The position numbers were made by a program, and so were the translations under genes. 64,000 nucleotides of DNA from positions 6,337 through 70,336 of the forward strand of contig CACHLP010000002.1 of the NCBI GenBank assembly GCA_902580665.1, in the 5' to 3' direction. Under the pieces are notes generated by a model that made no database searches, was not told the DNA's origin, and worked only from the letters and a program-made list of their open reading frames with translations. The DNA comes from an uncultured Pelagibacteraceae bacterium. GTDB lineage: Bacteria > Pseudomonadota > Alphaproteobacteria > Pelagibacterales > AG-422-B15. This document shows positions 58,459-64,000 of the stretch, piece after piece. Numbering within the stretch: the stretch's first letter is position 1; every line of letters begins with the position of its first letter.

Positions 58459-59400
58459 ATGAAATTTACGCCAACAATTAAACCAAATGAAATTTTTTCA
58501 GAAAATGAGATCTCTTTCTTGAGGAAAAAAAGTGACCTCAAGGGTTTCAGCTTGCTTTTGCATGCATGGATTGTAATTTTTGCCTCCATTATATTTTACA
58601 CCATATTTCCAAATATTTTTACATTCTTGTTTACAGTACTAATTATTTCCGGAAGACAATTAGGACTTGCAATTTTAATGCATGAGGGCGCACATGGGTT
58701 AATAGCAAACAACACAAAAAATAATAATTTTCTTTCCCAGTGGATCTGTGCTTTTCCTGTATGGTCGGATACATACGGCTATAGACATTATCATTTAGCT
58801 CATCATCGACACACGCAAACTGCAGACGATCCTGATTTGAGTTTGTCAAAGCCATTCCCAGTTAACAAGTTTAGTTTTGCCAGAAAGGTATTCAGAGATA
58901 TTTTTGGGATAACTGGTCTTGTTCAGCGTTATGAATTAATTTTTAAAACTTTATTAACAAATGACACAAAAAAAGATGATGGTAAAAAAATTAGTGGGTT
59001 TCAATCAAAGAATACACTTCTTGGAATACTTACCTCTAATATAATAATTTTTATATCTTTTAGTGTAGTTGGTCAGTGGTGGTACTATTTTGCATTTTGG
59101 CTTCTTCCCTTGTTAACATTCTTTCAACTTTTTTTACGTATTCGAAACATTGCTGAACATGCCGGTGTAGTAGATAATTGTAATGATTTTAATAATGCCA
59201 GAACCACTTATGCAAATATTTTAGAAAGAATATTTGTTGCACCATATTACGTTAATTATCACTTAGAGCATCATTTACTCATGTTTGTTCCCTGCTATAA
59301 GCTAATTGAGGCTCATAAGTTGCTGCTTAAGAAGGGGTACAAGGAAGAAATTGAAATAAAAGACGGATATATATCTTTACTTAGATCAGTAATAGTTTAA
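58459..59400 (+). CDS. membrane fatty-acid-desaturase-family di-iron protein
   Basis: 313 aa with three His boxes (HEGAHG; HLAHHRH; HLEHHL) separated by TM segments. Confidence 0.8.
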   Translation: MKFTPTIKPNEIFSENEISFLRKKSDLKGFSLLLHAWIVIFASIIFYTIFPNIFTFLFTVLIISGRQLGLAILMHEGAHGLIANNTKNNNFLSQWICAFPVWSDTYGYRHYHLAHHRHTQTADDPDLSLSKPFPVNKFSFARKVFRDIFGITGLVQRYELIFKTLLTNDTKKDDGKKISGFQSKNTLLGILTSNIIIFISFSVVGQWWYYFAFWLLPLLTFFQLFLRIRNIAEHAGVVDNCNDFNNARTTYANILERIFVAPYYVNYHLEHHLLMFVPCYKLIEAHKLLLKKGYKEEIEIKDGYISLLRSVIV

Positions 59401-59424
59401 CTGTTTGTCATCCCCTTTATACCT

Positions 59425-59898
59425 ATGACATCGGATTTTGATAATACAGCCCTTAAAAAAGCTTTTGGTTCATTTGCAACTGGCGTTGCTGTTGCCACTT
59501 CACATTCAAGTGGGTTTACCATAAATTCTTTTTCTTCTTTAAGTTTGAGCCCACCATTAATCATTTTTAATATCTATAAAACAGAAACTGATCATATTGA
59601 TTTTTTAAAAAATAAAACTTTTGCCATTAATTTTTTATCTCGAGAACAAGAAGACGTATCTCGTTTGTTTGCTACAAAAGATCCAGAGAAGGTTAATAAA
59701 ACGCAACATTCGATCTCTAAGAATAAAAATATCATTTTGAATGATACTTTAGGTCATATCGAGTTATCTGTTTTCCAACAAATTGATATAGCAGATCATA
59801 TACTGGTTATAGGCCAGGTTCAAAATTTTAAGACTGATGACAACAAGAAGCCACTCATTTATTACAGAAGTGATTATAAGAGTCTTAAAGACGTATAA
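59425..59898 (+). CDS. flavin-reductase-like domain protein
   Basis: 157 aa. The N-terminal FGSFATGVAVATS is typical of the Flavin_Reduct family. It starts 24 nt downstream of the desaturase. Confidence 0.65.
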   Translation: MTSDFDNTALKKAFGSFATGVAVATSHSSGFTINSFSSLSLSPPLIIFNIYKTETDHIDFLKNKTFAINFLSREQEDVSRLFATKDPEKVNKTQHSISKNKNIILNDTLGHIELSVFQQIDIADHILVIGQVQNFKTDDNKKPLIYYRSDYKSLKDV

Positions 59899-59906
59899 CT
59901 TATTAA

Positions 59907-60302
59907 TTAGTAAGATGGCGCACCAAAATCATTTTGGTTTTCACTTCCTTTAAGGCAGAGAAAGAAAATTAGTGTAATTATCCCAATGAAGGGAATAACA
60001 ACAATTAACAGCCACCAGCCTGACCTATTGGTATCGTGAAGTCTTCGAATATATAGAGCAATACTAGGCAACATAAATAAGAAGTATAAAAAAATATAAA
60101 TGGGGCCCAACATAATGGTTCCTGGTGAGTTATTTAGATCAATTCCAAGTATCTGTAATTCAAACAATTGATCAAATTGCAAGCCTATAAAACCAACGAC
60201 GGTAGTAAATAGATAGAAGTACCAAAACTCAGAACGAGTTGCTCTGGTTTTAAAGTCAAAGCATTTCACAAATGCATTATTGATTGATTTAATAAAGCTC
60301 AT
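59907..60302 (-). CDS. DUF805-family inner-membrane protein
   Basis: 131 aa. The N-terminal motif F..RATRSEFWYF and the RRLHDTNRSGWW loop are hallmarks of DUF805 (YhaH/YhaI-like) proteins. Confidence 0.8.
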   Translation of the reverse strand: MSFIKSINNAFVKCFDFKTRATRSEFWYFYLFTTVVGFIGLQFDQLFELQILGIDLNNSPGTIMLGPIYIFLYFLFMLPSIALYIRRLHDTNRSGWWLLIVVIPFIGIITLIFFLCLKGSENQNDFGAPSY

Positions 60303-60365
60303 AATTAGTGTTAGAATATTAATTTAATTAACTTATTACAAAAAAAAAATATATAATCTTAAGAT

Positions 60366-62153
60366 ATGTCTAAACAACTTAGAATTGGTGGAGCAAGTGG
60401 TTTTTGGGGTGACTCTGTAGTAGCAACTCCTCAATTATTAAATGGAAATAACCTCAATTTTATTGTTTACGATTATCTTGCTGAAATAACCATGTCCATC
60501 ATGGCTCGAGCCAGAGCAAAAGATTCCTCAAAAGGCTATGCCATCGATTTTGTTTCAAGTGTAATGAAACTTAATTTGAAGCAAATTGCTGATCAAAAAG
60601 TCAAAATTCTTAGTAACGCAGGTGGAGTTAATCCTCAAGCGTGTGCAGAAGCTATTCGAGCACTAATAAAAGAACTTAACTTAGATTTAAAAGTTGCCGT
60701 TGTATTGGGCGATGATCTCCTTGAACATAAAGATAAATTTTCAGATAGCGGTATACTAGAAATGTACTCAGATGAAAAATTTCCAGAGGTAGATAAGATT
60801 GCAAGCATCAACGCATACCTAGGAGCATTCCCAATTGCGCAAGCACTAGATGATGGTGCAGATATAGTAATTACAGGGAGAAGTGTGGATAGCGCTGTAA
60901 CTTTAGCTGCGTGCATCCACACTTTTGGTTGGAAAGAAGATGAGTATGATAAATTGGCTTCTGGAAGCTTAGCGGGACATATTATTGAATGTGGCACGCA
61001 AAGCACAGGAGGAAATTTTACAGATTGGGAACTTTCCTCTAAAAATCTCCACATGATTGGTTACCCTATAGTTGATGTATCTGAAAATGGAGAATTCATT
61101 TGTACAAAATCAAATAATACATCTGGATTAGTAAGTTTTGGAACTGTCGCAGAGCAAATGTTATATGAAATTGGTGATCCTCAAGCATATATACTTCCAG
61201 ATGTAGTCTGTGATTTCTCAAACGTTATTATTTCTGAAATTGAAAAAGATACAGTTAAAGTATCGGGTGCAAAAGGATATCCTGCACCTCAACAATATAA
61301 AGTGTGTGCAACATATGCCGATGGCTTTAGAGCAGGTCATGTCTGTTCATTTGTGGGCATTGATGCATCAAAAAAGGCAAGAACTTATGGAGAAGCAATA
61401 TTTGAAAGAGCAAAAATGATTATGCGAATGATGAATATTCCTGACTTTGATGAAACCAGCATTGAAATTATTGGCGATAACAGCCAATATAGCAATAAAG
61501 GTCAAAATGCAGATAATAGAGAAGTTGTTTTAAAGTTTGCAGCCAAACATCAAGACATCAGAGCAGTAGGATTAGTACTGAAAGAGTCTGTAGGATTAGG
61601 ATTAGCAACGCCACCAGGATTATCAGGCTTTGTTGGCGGTAGACCAAAGCCCTCGCCAATTGTAAGATTGTTCTCTTTTATGGTTAACAAAGCAGATGTA
61701 AAAGTTTCCATAGATTTAGGAGACACAAAAAAAGAATTTTTAGTTCACCAATCCAAAGAATTTAATATGTCTGAAATAGAAAAACCTGAAACCCCAACAT
61801 TTGACTCAAAAGATGAAAAATTTATTGATGTTCCTCTAATTAAAATTGCATATGGACGTAGTGGAGATAAAGGAAACAAAGCCAATATAGGCATCATTTC
61901 AAGAGATCCTAAATTTTACCCTGCGATATGTAATTATTTAACTGAAGATGTAGTTATGAAATGTTTTAAAAACTTTTTAGAAGGATCTGTTGAAAAGTAT
62001 TTATTGCCTGGATCCAATTCCATTAACTTTATACTTAATGATGTTCTTGGTGGTGGTGGGCCTGCTAGTTTAAGAAATGATCCTCAAGGAAAAGCATACG
62101 CGCAAATACTACTAGATCAAATAATTCCTATACCAAAAAAATTGATGAATTGA
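60366..62153 (+). CDS. DUF1446 (AtuA-like) protein with fused C-terminal small domain
   Basis: 595 aa. It has an N-terminal LRIGGASGFWGDS...IVYDYLAEITMSIMA and a C-terminal AYGRSGDKGNKANIG. The length and motifs match the acyclic-terpene-utilisation AtuA family as I recall it. Confidence 0.75.
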   Translation: MSKQLRIGGASGFWGDSVVATPQLLNGNNLNFIVYDYLAEITMSIMARARAKDSSKGYAIDFVSSVMKLNLKQIADQKVKILSNAGGVNPQACAEAIRALIKELNLDLKVAVVLGDDLLEHKDKFSDSGILEMYSDEKFPEVDKIASINAYLGAFPIAQALDDGADIVITGRSVDSAVTLAACIHTFGWKEDEYDKLASGSLAGHIIECGTQSTGGNFTDWELSSKNLHMIGYPIVDVSENGEFICTKSNNTSGLVSFGTVAEQMLYEIGDPQAYILPDVVCDFSNVIISEIEKDTVKVSGAKGYPAPQQYKVCATYADGFRAGHVCSFVGIDASKKARTYGEAIFERAKMIMRMMNIPDFDETSIEIIGDNSQYSNKGQNADNREVVLKFAAKHQDIRAVGLVLKESVGLGLATPPGLSGFVGGRPKPSPIVRLFSFMVNKADVKVSIDLGDTKKEFLVHQSKEFNMSEIEKPETPTFDSKDEKFIDVPLIKIAYGRSGDKGNKANIGIISRDPKFYPAICNYLTEDVVMKCFKNFLEGSVEKYLLPGSNSINFILNDVLGGGGPASLRNDPQGKAYAQILLDQIIPIPKKLMN

Positions 62154-62155
62154 TA

Positions 62156-62929
62156 ATGTCAGAACCTTTGCTAAATGTTGAAAATATTGAAACTTTTTAT
62201 GGGCCCATTATGGCTATTAGGGGTGTTAGTTTTCAAGTGCAAGAGGGATCAATTGTAACAATATTAGGTTCAAACGGCGCAGGTAAGACGACTATTTTAA
62301 AGACAATTTCTGGTGCCATAGATCCTAGAAAGGGAAAAGTATTTTTGAGTGGAAGTGAAATACAAAAAAAGGATCCTGATAAAATACTTCGATTAGGCAT
62401 GAGTCATGCACCTGAAGGAAGAGAAGTATTCCCGTACTGTTCGGTTTTAGAAAATCTTGAAATGGGGGCTTACACGAGAAGTGATAGAAAAGGCATACAG
62501 AAAGACATAGAGCAGGTGTATGATTACTTCCCCATTCTTAAGGAAAGAAAAAATCAGCCTGCTGGATTACTTTCTGGCGGCGAACAGCAAATGCTTTGCA
62601 TTAGTCGAGCATTAATGAGTAAGCCAAAAATTATGCTTTTAGATGAGCCTTCATTAGGCTTGTCACCAAAACTTGTTAAAGAAATTTTTGAAATTATAAT
62701 CAGGATCAATAAAGAATTGAAAACTACAATATTACTGGTTGAACAAAATGCGAATATTGCATTAAGCAACTCTGATTTTGGTTACGTTTTAGAGTTGGGA
62801 AGAATAGTCATGGAAGACAATAGTAAAGAATTGCTCGAAAAAGAAGATATTAAAGAATTTTATCTTGGACAACAAGATGAAGGAATAAGAGGGGAAAGAC
62901 GTTGGAAAAAGAAAAAAATGTGGAGATAG
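62156..62929 (+). CDS. ABC transporter ATP-binding protein, LivF-like
   Basis: It has Walker A GSNGAGKTT, signature LSGGEQQM, Walker B IMLLDEPSLGL and a C-terminal EFYLG. The start is chosen at ATG 62156. Confidence 0.85.
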   Translation: MSEPLLNVENIETFYGPIMAIRGVSFQVQEGSIVTILGSNGAGKTTILKTISGAIDPRKGKVFLSGSEIQKKDPDKILRLGMSHAPEGREVFPYCSVLENLEMGAYTRSDRKGIQKDIEQVYDYFPILKERKNQPAGLLSGGEQQMLCISRALMSKPKIMLLDEPSLGLSPKLVKEIFEIIIRINKELKTTILLVEQNANIALSNSDFGYVLELGRIVMEDNSKELLEKEDIKEFYLGQQDEGIRGERRWKKKKMWR

Positions 62930-64000
62930 AAACCATACCGCAATTATTTTGGGACTCTGTTAAGAGGCGTCACCAAAAAACGGCGATGCGAGAAAAAGAT
63001 TTAGGTATTTGGCAGACTATTTCTTGGGAAAAGTATGGATTACAAGCCCGAAATACGGGACTTGCTTTGCACTCTCTCGGATTGAAAAAAGGGGAAGTAG
63101 TATCTATTGCGAGTGAGGGTAATCCTGAATGGCTTTATACAGATATGGGAGCTATCGGATCTGGTGGCATATCAAGCGGAGTCTATACAACTGATTCAGC
63201 GGCGCAGATAAAATACTTAGTCAATGACTCCAAAACAAAATTTTATTTTGCCGAAAATGAAGAACAGCTAGACAAAATTTTAGAGGTTCGGTCTGAGTGC
63301 CCAACGCTTGAAAAAATTATTGTTTACGATATGGAGGGGTTGCATAACTTTACTGACTCACAAGTCATGAGTTATGATGATTTCATAAGTATTGGAGCGG
63401 AATTACACGCAAAAAAACCTGATCTGTGGACTGATCTCATGAACCAGGTTGAGCCTGAAGACATTGCAATATTAGTTTACACATCAGGTACTACAGGTCC
63501 ACCAAAGGGCGCTATGATTTCAAATCAAAATATTCTTTACAATATTAGAGCCTCTAAGGAAGTCTTTGGAACAGCTGAAGGTGAAAACCAACTATCATTT
63601 TTACCTCTTTGCCATATTTTAGAAAGATCAGTTTCGGTAATGGGCCCTCTGCTATATGGGTCTGTTGTAAATTTTGCCGAGAGCATAGAAACAGTTCCAG
63701 AAAATATACGTGAAGTATCGCCAGCGGTGTTTATTGCAGTTCCAAGAATTTGGGAGAAATTTTATTCCTCGATTATCATATTGATGAAAGATGCCACCTA
63801 TTTTGGAAAATTATTTTATGAGTTATCTATTAAAGTAGGAAGTCGTCATAAAGATTATTTATTAAATGGAGAAAAGCCTCCATTGTTCTTAAGTTTAGCG
63901 TTCTTTATATGCAACCAGTTTGTTTTAAAAAATATTAAAAAATTATTAGGTTTAAACGACTGCAGATTTGCTTTTAGTGGTGCCGCACCTATCTCGCCAG
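62920..64000 (+). CDS. AMP-dependent synthetase/long-chain acyl-CoA ligase (3' truncated by window end)
   Basis: This open frame is not in the track because it runs off the window end. It reads VEIETIPQLFWDSVKRRHQKTAMREKD... and has the AMP-binding motif I (LVYTSGTTGPPKGAMIS). The candidate GTG start at 62920 overlaps the livF-like stop; an alternative ATG lies about 65 nt downstream. Confidence 0.8.
   Translation, partial: MEIETIPQLFWDSVKRRHQKTAMREKDLGIWQTISWEKYGLQARNTGLALHSLGLKKGEVVSIASEGNPEWLYTDMGAIGSGGISSGVYTTDSAAQIKYLVNDSKTKFYFAENEEQLDKILEVRSECPTLEKIIVYDMEGLHNFTDSQVMSYDDFISIGAELHAKKPDLWTDLMNQVEPEDIAILVYTSGTTGPPKGAMISNQNILYNIRASKEVFGTAEGENQLSFLPLCHILERSVSVMGPLLYGSVVNFAESIETVPENIREVSPAVFIAVPRIWEKFYSSIIILMKDATYFGKLFYELSIKVGSRHKDYLLNGEKPPLFLSLAFFICNQFVLKNIKKLLGLNDCRFAFSGAAPISP

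Noticed and set aside
48132-60365. I considered whether the tRNA-Lys-flanked region is an integrative mobile element or genomic island with att sites.
   Set aside because: There is no integrase, recombinase or transposase gene. By eye I found no downstream direct repeat of the tRNA 3' end (GGTTCGAACCCGAGCGGGCA). It is reported only as a possible variable region, not as a mobile element.

Overview
This is a very AT-rich, extremely tightly packed bacterial chromosome segment. Gene content and synteny point to a genome-streamlined marine-type alphaproteobacterium (SAR11/Pelagibacterales-like); this is inference only. The supporting blocks are rpsF-rpsR-rplI-dnaB-alr, fabD-fabG-acpP-fabF-gmk, lptF-lptG-lptD-surA-rsmA, purM-purN, hdaA, a long class II nrdJ, an NDUFA12-like/DUF2155 pair, aroQ-accB-accC, and cysE-iscR-sufBCDSU. 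Positions 1-48.1 kb are core housekeeping genes with overlapping or near-zero spacers. The ORF track missed two things there: the classical +1 programmed frameshift at the start of prfB, and a near-consensus IscR operator in front of the suf operon. A single tRNA-Lys(UUU) at 48132-48207 marks a change of character. From 48.2 to about 60.3 kb the genes are mostly small, poorly characterised or stress/lipid-related, with larger spacers and a local run of strong Shine-Dalgarno sites. I saw no rRNA, CRISPR array, transposase, integrase, phage gene or recognisable defence or toxin-antitoxin genes. I do not see a clear-cut novel system. The best candidates for something undescribed are: (1) an HSDL2-like SDR divergent from five tandem small alpha+beta-fold proteins (49.35-52.03 kb); (2) a tRNA-adjacent trio of tiny membrane protein, polytopic membrane protein and 57-aa zinc ribbon (48.25-49.22 kb); (3) a membrane desaturase plus flavin-reductase cassette bracketed by short direct repeats (58.3-60.3 kb); (4) a signal-peptide-bearing MsrB embedded in the suf operon. 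All functional assignments come from motif recognition by eye, and no database search was run.
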